20,000 nucleotides of DNA from an uncultured virus (IMG/VR IMGVR_UViG_3300006213_000002). Its lineage: Duplodnaviria > Heunggongvirae > Uroviricota > Caudoviricetes. The position numbers and the translations under genes were made by a program. The DNA lies in the IMG/VR virus record IMGVR_UViG_3300006213_000002, positions 115,235 to 135,234 of that record; one strand, written 5' to 3'. The first letter of the stretch is position 1. Each line of letters begins with the position of its first letter. The notes beneath the pieces are model-generated. The model was not told the DNA's origin. It made no database searches and saw nothing but the letters and a program-made list of their open reading frames with translations. Shown piece by piece: positions 1 through 7,605 of this stretch.

Positions 1-2
1 GA

Positions 3-524
3 TTATATACTGGACAGACTAAACATAAAGTTGTTAATGGAGATATTAGAAAGATTATAATTAATCTTACAATAGAGGCGTTAACATCATATTTTAGTAA
101 GAATAATAGTCAGTTAAAAGAATTATGCATGATAGTAAAGATGAATGCAAAAGTACGTCGAGAAGGTGATAAAGTACGTACAGCAGTAATCAAAAATACA
201 ATAACTAATTGGTCATCATACAAGATGAAAAATTATGATCCGTGTACAAGAAAAGGAGTTAAGGAATATAAAGAAATATTTATTATTGAGGGAGATAGTG
301 CAAAAGGTAGTTTAAAGAATGCTAGATTTCCTGAATTTCAAGCACTATTTAGTATACGTGGCGTTAGCTTGAATGTTTTCAAAGCAACTATAGATCAAAT
401 ATTTGGTCCTAAAGGTAATAAAGAATTTACTGATTTAGTAACTATATTAGGATGTAATGTAGGACCTAAATTCGATTTAAGTAAACTTCAGTTTAGTAAG
501 ATTATTATAGCATCAGATGCGGAT
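3..524 (+). CDS. gyrB: DNA gyrase/type IIA topoisomerase subunit B, exon upstream of the intron (gene starts before window)
   Basis: Frame is open from nt 3 (LYTGQTKHKV, GQTK motif). It contains EIFIIEGDSAKGS, FSIRGVSLN (PLRGKILN-like) and KIIIASDAD, which is completed by VDG in the next exon. Confidence 0.93.
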
Positions 525-1731
525 AAATTATCTATGTCCGCTTAAAATTCTTTTAATTGCTGGGAGTTCTTGTTAAGTTAATTCAACCGCGGTATTATAG
601 TAATATAATATGCAGCATATATCATAATGGATATAGGATGGTAAAATCGAATTAAATAGAGATAATCAGCAAATAATTATATTGATTCTAATTTTAATTA
701 TAAATTACTAAAGAAAGGAGGTATATAATAATATGAAATATAATAAATCTATGTTAAATAATGCATATAATGATTTATTACAAGAAAAAGATATTAGATC
801 TATGGAATTATTTGATAAACATTATTGTGAATTATCAATAGCAGAAATAGATAAATTAGAAAAATATATGTATGATTTATCTAATCCTATATGGAAACCT
901 ATAATGATAGATGGTAAAGATAGTGGATATAAGATTAGTAATATAGGTACAGCAGTTGATTCAAATAATAATGAATTAAAATATTATCAAAATTCATCTG
1001 GTTATTTAGTTATCTGGATTCATATAAAAGGTAAACGTAATAATGTACCTAAATCTATTCATAGATTAGTAGCAGAATCATTTATTCCTAATCCTGATAA
1101 TAAATCAGAAGTGAATCATATTAATTGCAAACAAAATATGAATTGGGTTGGAAATCTTGAATGGGTAACGCATGAAGAAAATATACGATATATGATAAAT
1201 TGTGGTAATCAAGTTATAGGAATGAATCATAAAAACTCTAAGTTTACTGATGAACAAATACATTTAGTTTGTAAAATGCTTGAAAATCCTAATAATGATA
1301 TTAAAACTATTTCAGAAAAAACTAAAGTATCACTTAGAACTATTCAAAATATAAGATTTTATAATGGGTGGAATCATATAAGTGGATTATATAATATAAA
1401 TAGATCTAAGTATGTTAAAGGTCCTAAATTTAGTTATGTTTCTAAAATAATATCCGATATGGTTAATAACGGAAAAACAAATTCTGAAATACGAAATAAA
1501 TTGCATGAATTAGGTTTAGATTTAAATATAACAAGTAAGAGTATTAGTGATAGAATATATCATATACGAAAATTAGAATCAAATAAAACTTCATCGACTA
1601 TCGAAAAGCTATGATATAGGATTATTAACCATATCAATATAGTTAGTAGAGTATACTTATAATAGTAGAAATGAAGGACATTATGAAGATATAGTCACAA
1701 CATTTATAGAAATATAAAGATAAGATAATTG
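525..1731 (+). mobile_element. Group I self-splicing intron in gyrB
   Basis: Exon end GCGGAT(519-524) pairs with GTCCGC(536-541), with a U.G wobble at the splice site (P1). ATCTAT(530-535) pairs with 3' exon GTGGAT (P10). Core elements: P AATTGCTGGGA(555-565), Q AATCAGCAA(664-672), R TTCATCGACTA(1590-1600), S AAGATATAGTC(1686-1696), P9 GAAA hairpin 1703-1718, terminal G1731. Removal restores DAD|VDG in frame. Confidence 0.95.
733..1614 (+). CDS. Intron-encoded HNH homing endonuclease (NUMOD4-like + HNH_3 + C-terminal HTH-like region)
   Basis: IWKPI...YKISNIG, HRLVAESFIPNPDNKSEVNHIN...NLEWVTHEEN; RBS AAAGGAGG. The ORF is looped out by a 14-bp stem (682-695/1569-1582) and its 3' end overlaps the intron R element. 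Confidence 0.92.
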   Translation: MKYNKSMLNNAYNDLLQEKDIRSMELFDKHYCELSIAEIDKLEKYMYDLSNPIWKPIMIDGKDSGYKISNIGTAVDSNNNELKYYQNSSGYLVIWIHIKGKRNNVPKSIHRLVAESFIPNPDNKSEVNHINCKQNMNWVGNLEWVTHEENIRYMINCGNQVIGMNHKNSKFTDEQIHLVCKMLENPNNDIKTISEKTKVSLRTIQNIRFYNGWNHISGLYNINRSKYVKGPKFSYVSKIISDMVNNGKTNSEIRNKLHELGLDLNITSKSISDRIYHIRKLESNKTSSTIEKL

Positions 1732-2652
1732 GTGGATGGATTATTTATTAGAAGTCTACTTATGGCATTCTTCTTTAGAGTATTACCAGAAATTATTTTG
1801 GATGGTAGATTATATATAGCAGAACCACCTCTATATAGAGTTGATAATCCAAAAGATCCATTTGTAATTAATAAAGAAGATTATAACAATCGATATGTAA
1901 AAGAGTGTATGAAATATTATCAGATAGGATATCCTATTATAGATAATGGAGTAATAGTTGACGTTAATATTTTAAATAAAAATGATATTAAAGAATTATT
2001 ATCTGATACATCATCTTATGTTAAAGACATAGAATTATTAGCTAATCATTATAGGATTAATGAAAGATTATTTGAGATAATAATTGAAGAAGTAGCATTA
2101 ATGAATATCGATGTCAATTTATGTGCAGATATACAGAAGGATATTATTGATAAAATCAATATACAACATCTTGTGACAAGAATACAAGCAGAATTTCCAG
2201 AAGTATATTATGATGACAAATTTAAGTTAATACGAGGATCAATAAATACTGTTAGACAATTAATTGAATTATCACCTAACATAATTAAGAAGTCTAAAGT
2301 AATAATTAATTATATTATAAAATGGAAAACTGCACAGACTAAATTAGTATTAAGAGATAATAAAACAAAAGCAGAAAGATTATTATCATTATTAGAATTA
2401 TTAAAAGTTTTAAGAAAATATCAACCTGATATCAAGCATCGTTTTAAAGGTTTAGGCGAGAATGATACAGATGATATACGAAAGACTATTATGGATCCTA
2501 ATACTAGATCACTTATAAAAGTAAATATAAGTGATATAGAAAATGATGAAAAAATCTTTCAGATGTTAAGGGGTGGAACTGCACAAAATGCATTAGATAG
2601 AAAAAATATGATGCATAATTATAGTATACCAGTCGAGTTAATTGATACGTAA
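1732..2652 (+). CDS. gyrB: DNA gyrase subunit B, final exon
   Basis: VDGLFIRSLL, LYIAEPPLY, RFKGLGEN, TIMDPNTRSLIKV are the canonical C-terminal GyrB motifs; no RBS before the track's 1729 start. Confidence 0.93.
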   Translation: MDGLFIRSLLMAFFFRVLPEIILDGRLYIAEPPLYRVDNPKDPFVINKEDYNNRYVKECMKYYQIGYPIIDNGVIVDVNILNKNDIKELLSDTSSYVKDIELLANHYRINERLFEIIIEEVALMNIDVNLCADIQKDIIDKINIQHLVTRIQAEFPEVYYDDKFKLIRGSINTVRQLIELSPNIIKKSKVIINYIIKWKTAQTKLVLRDNKTKAERLLSLLELLKVLRKYQPDIKHRFKGLGENDTDDIRKTIMDPNTRSLIKVNISDIENDEKIFQMLRGGTAQNALDRKNMMHNYSIPVELIDT

Positions 2653-2663
2653 AATTATAATTG

Positions 2664-2701
2664 TATATATGATAATAGGATATTTCCTATTATCATATAT
2701 A
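2664..2701 (+). terminator. Hairpin after gyrB, probable terminator or processing site
   Basis: 17-bp inverted repeat TATATATGATAATAGGA-tatt-TCCTATTATCATATATA; U-tract is weak. Confidence 0.6.
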
Positions 2702-2732
2702 ACATATTTTATTTGAATGGAGATATTTTATT

Positions 2733-3176
2733 ATGAAATATAATGAAATAAAAGGAATGAACCAATGTGGTATAGATGGTTTACCAGAAAGATATAATGA
2801 TCATGTATTGGTCTTAGATAAACAATATACAGTAGGATCATTATATAAAGAATTACATGAAGAACATATAGAACAAAAAGTAATTAGTTTATTCTGTATT
2901 AAAGATCAAAATCATAATGATATTGCATATAAAACAACTTTTCCTAAAAATAAAGATTTATTTGATCCAGAAAAGTATAAAGATATTTTAGATATACCAG
3001 TAGATGATTGCACATATGAAGAAGTTAGTTTCAATGGTAATTTTAAAAAAAGATTGTATGTTATAAATAGAGAACCAGATAAATATGGTAGTCTAATGTT
3101 TAGTAAAGAATTTGATAAATATGCTAGTAGTGATACATCACATATAATATATGCACTTTATGGTGATAATATCTAA
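2733..3176 (+). CDS. Hypothetical protein
   Basis: 147-aa ORF with GGAG RBS; no recognised motif. Confidence 0.75.
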   Translation: MKYNEIKGMNQCGIDGLPERYNDHVLVLDKQYTVGSLYKELHEEHIEQKVISLFCIKDQNHNDIAYKTTFPKNKDLFDPEKYKDILDIPVDDCTYEEVSFNGNFKKRLYVINREPDKYGSLMFSKEFDKYASSDTSHIIYALYGDNI

Positions 3177-3177
3177 A

Positions 3178-3187
3178 ATTATATATT
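3178..3187 (+). promoter_or_regulatory. Putative phage promoter motif ATKATATATT
   Basis: ATTATATATT in the intergenic gap upstream of an RBS; the motif recurs in 7 intergenic positions. Confidence 0.55.
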
Positions 3188-3223
3188 CTAATAATGTAAA
3201 AAATTGAAAGGAGATATTTTATT

Positions 3224-4024
3224 ATGCCAAGAAAGAAACTTGAAACACCAGAAGAAGAACTTGATATCAAAAAGGAGGTAAAGAAGGAAACATTCATAAC
3301 ACGTTGGTTCAATGATTATGCAGTTAATAACAAAGAAGAAATGAAAATTATTTGCGAATTAACTGCAAGATCTGTATATGAACAATTTACATTATATGTA
3401 GAATCAAAGAATTATGAATTATATGCAGCTGTATTCTATGCAACTTTTACAACAATTCTTGATTTTCTTAGGGGAAAAGAAAATAAGTATAATAATTTTA
3501 CTATTGAAGTTGCTAATAGCATAAATATAGGATATAGTAATAGCACAAATGAGGACAATGAAAAAGTAGGTAACTTTATGCCTATATTGGAGTATATAGG
3601 TACAAATATGAAAGTTGTTGACAATAGTCCTGAATCTGAAAAGAAAAAGGATGTTAATAGAACAAAAACGAATTGCATGAGATGGAAACAAATTAATGTT
3701 AAACAAAATATCAATTTCGTTTCAGAAATACAGGAAACTGCATATGAACGTATCAAGAAGGAATATAGAACTGATATGAGAACATCAGAATGTGTAATTC
3801 CTATATTCTGTATATTCATGGATAACATTATTCATGTTATCAAATTAAAATACCAAGAATTGGAAGGCACAGATGTATCAGAAGTGTCGATGAATGTATT
3901 AGGATTATTTGATATATATTATTCTTTTAATTCAGAAGATAATATTGAAATTATAGAATTCCAACCTAATATAAGAATGAAGTTGGCATTGAAAAATGAT
4001 GTTGCAGCTGGAAAGGATGAATAA
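3224..4024 (+). CDS. Putative tandem HU/IHF-like DNA-binding protein
   Basis: C-terminal half IFCIFMDNIIHVIK...EVSMNVLGLFDIYY...IEFQPNIRMKLALK mirrors the HU helix2/strands/FxP-helix3 pattern; the N-terminal half has a similar layout. Strong RBS. The CDS is secure but the function is tentative. Confidence 0.5.
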   Translation: MPRKKLETPEEELDIKKEVKKETFITRWFNDYAVNNKEEMKIICELTARSVYEQFTLYVESKNYELYAAVFYATFTTILDFLRGKENKYNNFTIEVANSINIGYSNSTNEDNEKVGNFMPILEYIGTNMKVVDNSPESEKKKDVNRTKTNCMRWKQINVKQNINFVSEIQETAYERIKKEYRTDMRTSECVIPIFCIFMDNIIHVIKLKYQELEGTDVSEVSMNVLGLFDIYYSFNSEDNIEIIEFQPNIRMKLALKNDVAAGKDE

Positions 4025-4032
4025 TAAAAATA

Positions 4033-4392
4033 ATGAATAAGAAAATGAAATATTCTACTAGAACGAGAGAAAAAAATATATTAAGTAAACTTGGTACAGT
4101 TGTTCTAATGTTAGTTGTATTATGTATAGGATTTCTACTTATATCATGTATGACAAGTTCAACTGTAAATGCCTTTGGATCAAGAGGCAATAAAGCAGGA
4201 AACACTTTTGATATGACATATACTTATGATAAAGCTTATATCAATACTTTCGATGGTAAAATTGAAGTTGATGTTAAGAACTGGAGAGAATGGGACGACG
4301 GAGAAGGGTTAGTAGAAGTAATATCTACAACAGGAGTTCACTATTATACATCATATGAAAATGTTATACTGATTAATTCTGGTAAAAATTAA
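4033..4392 (+). CDS. Membrane-anchored or lipoprotein-like hypothetical protein
   Basis: Basic N-terminus, hydrophobic stretch LGTVVLMLVVLCIGFLLISC (possible lipobox), then a small beta-rich domain. Confidence 0.7.
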   Translation: MNKKMKYSTRTREKNILSKLGTVVLMLVVLCIGFLLISCMTSSTVNAFGSRGNKAGNTFDMTYTYDKAYINTFDGKIEVDVKNWREWDDGEGLVEVISTTGVHYYTSYENVILINSGKN

Positions 4393-4393
4393 T

Positions 4394-4428
4394 ATAAAGG
4401 GAAGGTATATACCTTCCCTTTATTTTTT
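4394..4428. terminator. Intrinsic terminator between convergent genes
   Basis: Perfect 30-bp palindrome ATAAAGGGAAGGTAT|ATACCTTCCCTTTAT followed by a T-run. Confidence 0.85.
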
Positions 4429-4436
4429 GTATTAAA

Positions 4437-5174
4437 TTACATCCATTTATCATACGGAAGATCCAAATGAAATGTGTCTCTAGCTTTTTCTAACCATGTT
4501 TCCTTTTTATCCTTTGCATTAGCATAATCATCTATTTCCAAATTTAAATTTCCATGAGCAGATGGAATATTTTTATATCTTTTTAAATTATTATATAACA
4601 TAATTTGCACATCATATGTTGCTAATTCTAAAAATGAATCATAACATCCATCTTCTATAGTTTCTCCATTAGGTTCATGATTACATGCTACTTCAAATGT
4701 TAATATAGTTTTAGGAAATCCATATAATTTAATTTTATTATTTCCTAAATATTCAAATGTAGGTTCTGCTCTCATTTGACCTGCTAACATCATATATGAT
4801 TGAGCTGTTATTACACCTTGTACTGATCGATTAATTCCATAACCAGGAGCTACATCACCATATGTACCCCTTGTATTATGAAATGGCATTCTAACATCGA
4901 CTACATATTGGATTGGAGTTAATGTTAATGCAACTGGTAATTGGTATATACTTTCTCTTTGATCTATAACTTTTAAATCTGTAATGCTACAATCTCCAAT
5001 CCTAATCCATGGAACAAATTGAGAATATTGAGGTATCGTTACAGCAGCTATAGTTCTAAATAATACTTGTTCTATAGGTATAATTTCTTTTGTTGTGGCA
5101 TCTTTAAATGGCAATCCTAAATTATATAATCCTTCACTTACAATTATTGAATTTATAATTTTATTCATATTCAT
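4437..5174 (-). CDS. Putative virion neck / head-tail adaptor protein (T4 gp13-like)
   Basis: Start revised to MNMNKII at 5174 (AAAGGATGTGG RBS). C-terminal ...KRYKNIPSAHGNLNLEIDDYANAKDKKETWLE resembles the gp13-type neck protein ending. Confidence 0.55.
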   Translation of the reverse strand: MNMNKIINSIIVSEGLYNLGLPFKDATTKEIIPIEQVLFRTIAAVTIPQYSQFVPWIRIGDCSITDLKVIDQRESIYQLPVALTLTPIQYVVDVRMPFHNTRGTYGDVAPGYGINRSVQGVITAQSYMMLAGQMRAEPTFEYLGNNKIKLYGFPKTILTFEVACNHEPNGETIEDGCYDSFLELATYDVQIMLYNNLKRYKNIPSAHGNLNLEIDDYANAKDKKETWLEKARDTFHLDLPYDKWM

Positions 5175-5222
5175 ATTTAATTCCACATCCTTTCTTATAT
5201 TATTGAATATTTCATATAATGT

Positions 5223-5232
5223 ATTATATATT
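5223..5232 (+). promoter_or_regulatory. Putative phage promoter motif ATKATATATT
   Basis: ATTATATATT in a divergent intergenic region, where a promoter is required for the + strand genes. Confidence 0.55.
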
Positions 5233-5280
5233 ATAATATTGAAGTAAAGATGAAATACATATGAAAAGGAGAAATTCATC

Positions 5281-5388
5281 ATGAAAAATATTTTAATTGC
5301 ACCGAAAAGAAAGAAAAAGATTATCGTAAATGATAATGCTGCTTTTCAAATCCGGCTCAATAAAATTTTAAAGGAAGAGAAAAAATAA
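5281..5388 (+). CDS. Small basic protein, 35 aa (not in ORF track)
   Basis: MKNILIAPKRKKKIIVNDNAAFQIRLNKILKEEKK*; AAAGGAG RBS upstream of the ATG; follows the promoter motif. Confidence 0.65.
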   Translation: MKNILIAPKRKKKIIVNDNAAFQIRLNKILKEEKK

Positions 5389-5418
5389 AAATGAATTTAG
5401 TGAAAAGGGGAATGAATT

Positions 5419-5625
5419 ATGGAATATGCATTTTCAGCTATGAGAGGATTAACAAAAAAAGATGTAAAGGTAATATTTAACATTGCAAATGATCCAAACA
5501 ATGTTAAGACAATTCAATCCGCAGATGTGATTATTTATCCGAACGGCGTTGTAAGAATCAATGATCTTAAGGATATGCAGGAGATTATTTCCAGTATTAA
5601 TAATGTTACGATCTTTTCAAAATAA
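5419..5625 (+). CDS. Hypothetical protein
   Basis: 68 aa, AAAGGGG RBS, followed by a terminator. Confidence 0.7.
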   Translation: MEYAFSAMRGLTKKDVKVIFNIANDPNNVKTIQSADVIIYPNGVVRINDLKDMQEIISSINNVTIFSK

Positions 5626-5640
5626 AAACTGAATAATGAG

Positions 5641-5674
5641 AAAGGGTGATTTTAAAATCACCCTTTATTTTTTT
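5641..5674. terminator. Intrinsic terminator between convergent genes
   Basis: Perfect 26-bp palindrome AAAGGGTGATTTT|AAAATCACCCTTT plus T-run. Confidence 0.85.
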
Positions 5675-6224
5675 ATAAAAATACTGGTTTATTTTTTGTA
5701 GAATTTCCCTTTAATACTTTATTAGCATTATATCCGCTCATATTAAGAAATTTTTCCATCATTGGATGAAATCTATTATTCATTTCATCTATAAATTTAT
5801 CTGTGTATTCTGTTATCATTCCAATATATTGCGAATCTATATCTTCTGATTTCAAATTACTAATACATTCATTAATATTTTTAATGGTATTATTTATTCC
5901 TGATATATATGATTCTATAAATTTTGGTATTTCATTATATTTATTTTCTGTATCTTCAAATAATTGGGTATCAATATACCCAATACCAGCTTCATATATA
6001 ACTTTATATGGAGATGAATTTTTATTGTTTGATTCTTCTATTATGTATTTACAGCATTTATTTACATACTCATTAAATCTATCAAATGCCTCATTAATAT
6101 TAAATAATGTTATTTTGTAATCTTTTATATTTAAACCCCATTCATTTGCTAATTCATTTATAGAATCCATCATACCTCGATTATATTTTTCAAGAAATTC
6201 TTTTATAGCATTATCAATTTTCAT
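5673..6224 (-). CDS. Hypothetical helical protein
   Basis: 183-aa ORF with AAAGGAG RBS. Confidence 0.78.
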   Translation of the reverse strand: MKIDNAIKEFLEKYNRGMMDSINELANEWGLNIKDYKITLFNINEAFDRFNEYVNKCCKYIIEESNNKNSSPYKVIYEAGIGYIDTQLFEDTENKYNEIPKFIESYISGINNTIKNINECISNLKSEDIDSQYIGMITEYTDKFIDEMNNRFHPMMEKFLNMSGYNANKVLKGNSTKNKPVFL

Positions 6225-6282
6225 ATATTAAAACTCCTTTCTTATAATAAACGCTTAAATTATATACACGTTTCTAAATTCA

Positions 6283-6292
6283 ATGATATATT
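6283..6292 (+). promoter_or_regulatory. Putative phage promoter motif ATKATATATT
   Basis: ATGATATATT in a divergent intergenic region. Confidence 0.55.
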
Positions 6293-6322
6293 ATTAGTGT
6301 AGATATAAATAAAATTATATCT

Positions 6323-6455
6323 TATTTCATATATTTTTTCTTTATATTAATTTACTGCTACTTTTATAAATAATAAATTTCTCCTTTCATATTGGATTAT
6401 ATATAAATTACTCCAAATATTATAAGGGTAGCAGTAATTAATATTATATGAAATA
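6323..6455 (+). ncRNA. Candidate structured RNA or leader with anti-SD internal loop
   Basis: Nested stems 6323-6333/6445-6455, 6344-6369/6420-6444 (G.U pairs favour the + strand) and 6389-6396/6412-6420; the loop contains TTTCTCCTTTC. Confidence 0.45.
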
Positions 6456-6534
6456 TTAATTTTGAAATAAACATGAATTATTTTCATGCTTATTAATATA
6501 TTAATAAAGTTTTAATTTTAAGGAGGAATTTAAA

Positions 6535-6792
6535 ATGAGTAACATTGAAGAAAAGTATCTTTTAAAAGATGGAGAAACAGTGCCTGAGGGTTATGTTGTA
6601 AAAACATGTGAAGTATGTAACAGATCATTTGCAATGCCTGCAGATGTTGCAGAGAAATCAGGACCAATTTGTGAGTCAGCTGAGTGCAAAAATGAATATG
6701 AAAGAAGATGCATAGAGCAAACAAAAGCTCTTATGAAATCAGATACAGCAACGCAAACAGAAGCGGAAATCAAAACAGCACTTGGAAATTAA
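6535..6792 (+). CDS. Small zinc-finger protein
   Basis: KTCEVCNRSF...PICESAECK (CxxC-x18-CxxxxC); AAGGAGG RBS; own terminator. Confidence 0.75.
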   Translation: MSNIEEKYLLKDGETVPEGYVVKTCEVCNRSFAMPADVAEKSGPICESAECKNEYERRCIEQTKALMKSDTATQTEAEIKTALGN

Positions 6793-6796
6793 ACAT

Positions 6797-6835
6797 ATAA
6801 AAGAGTGGGATATAATTCTCACTCTTTTATTTTTG
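6797..6835 (+). terminator. Intrinsic terminator
   Basis: ATAAAAGAGTGGGA-6nt-TCTCACTCTTTTAT plus T-run. Confidence 0.85.
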
Positions 6836-6855
6836 TTGTTAAAGGAGAAAAGTAT

Positions 6856-7605
6856 ATGGGAAACAATAATGAGTTAAAATATATAACAGAAGAAGAATTA
6901 GATAAAATTTTTAAATTTTGGCCATTTAATTTATTACATGAAATATTTGGTGTAAATATTGATTGTATCTATACGAATATTAATAATATTCATACAGTAT
7001 TAACAGCACCTGATTTGTTAAGTGAAAAAGAATTAGATGTAATATTATATAGATTTAAATCATATATGATATTTAGTGATATTGCAAAAAAGGTGAATGT
7101 TACTAAACAAAGAGTGACTGAATTGCAAAATCATGCAATATTTAAGTTAAGAAGAATAATGAATTTCGATTTGAAGAGCATTGATTATAGAACGTATAAC
7201 GAGATTAATGGAAAATATAATACATTACTTAAATCATATAAAGAATTAGAAAAATATGAAATCATAGGAGAGGATATAAAGGAAAAAAATAAATCTGAAA
7301 TGTATAAAGACATTAATATTGCAACTTTAAGACCAAAAATGTCTAATAGGTTGTTTAATTGTTTATATAGAGGAGATATATATACAGTATATGATCTAAT
7401 TAATATGGATATTTATAGAGCTATGAAAATTAGAAATTTTGGTTTAAAAACTTTTGAAGAATTATTAGTAATTCTTAAAGCAAATGATTTAACTTTAAAA
7501 AGAGTAAGAAATAGAAAATATGAATATGATGATATATTAAATGCTTCTAAATTATATATAGAATTAATTGGTAAATCACCATTTATAGAAGAGGAGGAAG
7601 AATGA
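6856..7605 (+). CDS. Sigma70 region-4-like HTH fused to RNAP alpha C-terminal domain
   Basis: LSEKELDVILYRF...FSDIAKKVNVTKQRVTELQNHAIFKLR (sigma r4) and MSNRLFNCLYRGDIYTVYDL...KIRNFGLKTFEEL (alpha-CTD). Start revised to 6856 (AAAGGAG RBS). Confidence 0.85.
   Translation: MGNNNELKYITEEELDKIFKFWPFNLLHEIFGVNIDCIYTNINNIHTVLTAPDLLSEKELDVILYRFKSYMIFSDIAKKVNVTKQRVTELQNHAIFKLRRIMNFDLKSIDYRTYNEINGKYNTLLKSYKELEKYEIIGEDIKEKNKSEMYKDINIATLRPKMSNRLFNCLYRGDIYTVYDLINMDIYRAMKIRNFGLKTFEELLVILKANDLTLKRVRNRKYEYDDILNASKLYIELIGKSPFIEEEEE

Noticed and set aside
129..545. Track ORF as a stand-alone 138-aa protein
   Set aside because: The frame is open from the window start, and the last residues (KLSMSA*) are intron sequence.
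733..1614. Intein, group II intron or IS explanation for the gyrB interruption
   Set aside because: In-frame stops exclude an intein; no RT or transposase motifs; group I elements are clear.
2701..2712. AACA-N6-TA, an AR9-type late promoter that would hint at uracil-containing DNA
   Set aside because: Only one exact intergenic match was noticed (a near match lies upstream of 6224). That is too weak in AT-rich DNA, and base modification cannot be read from sequence.
3124..4205. Minus-strand ORFs 3124-3312, 3419-3706, 3436-3828, 3966-4205
   Set aside because: Antisense shadows of well-supported + strand genes, with no convincing RBS.
5175..5282. N-terminal extension of the 4437-5282 ORF
   Set aside because: It crosses the divergent promoter region and the RBS of the + strand ORF; a better RBS precedes 5174.
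6323..6455. tRNA, 6S RNA or known riboswitch
   Set aside because: No cloverleaf or recognisable riboswitch consensus; the loop is one-sided rather than a 6S-like central bubble.
5803..6773. ORFs 5803-6120 (+), 6530-6724 (-), 6591-6773 (-)
   Set aside because: Antisense to real genes; no convincing RBS.
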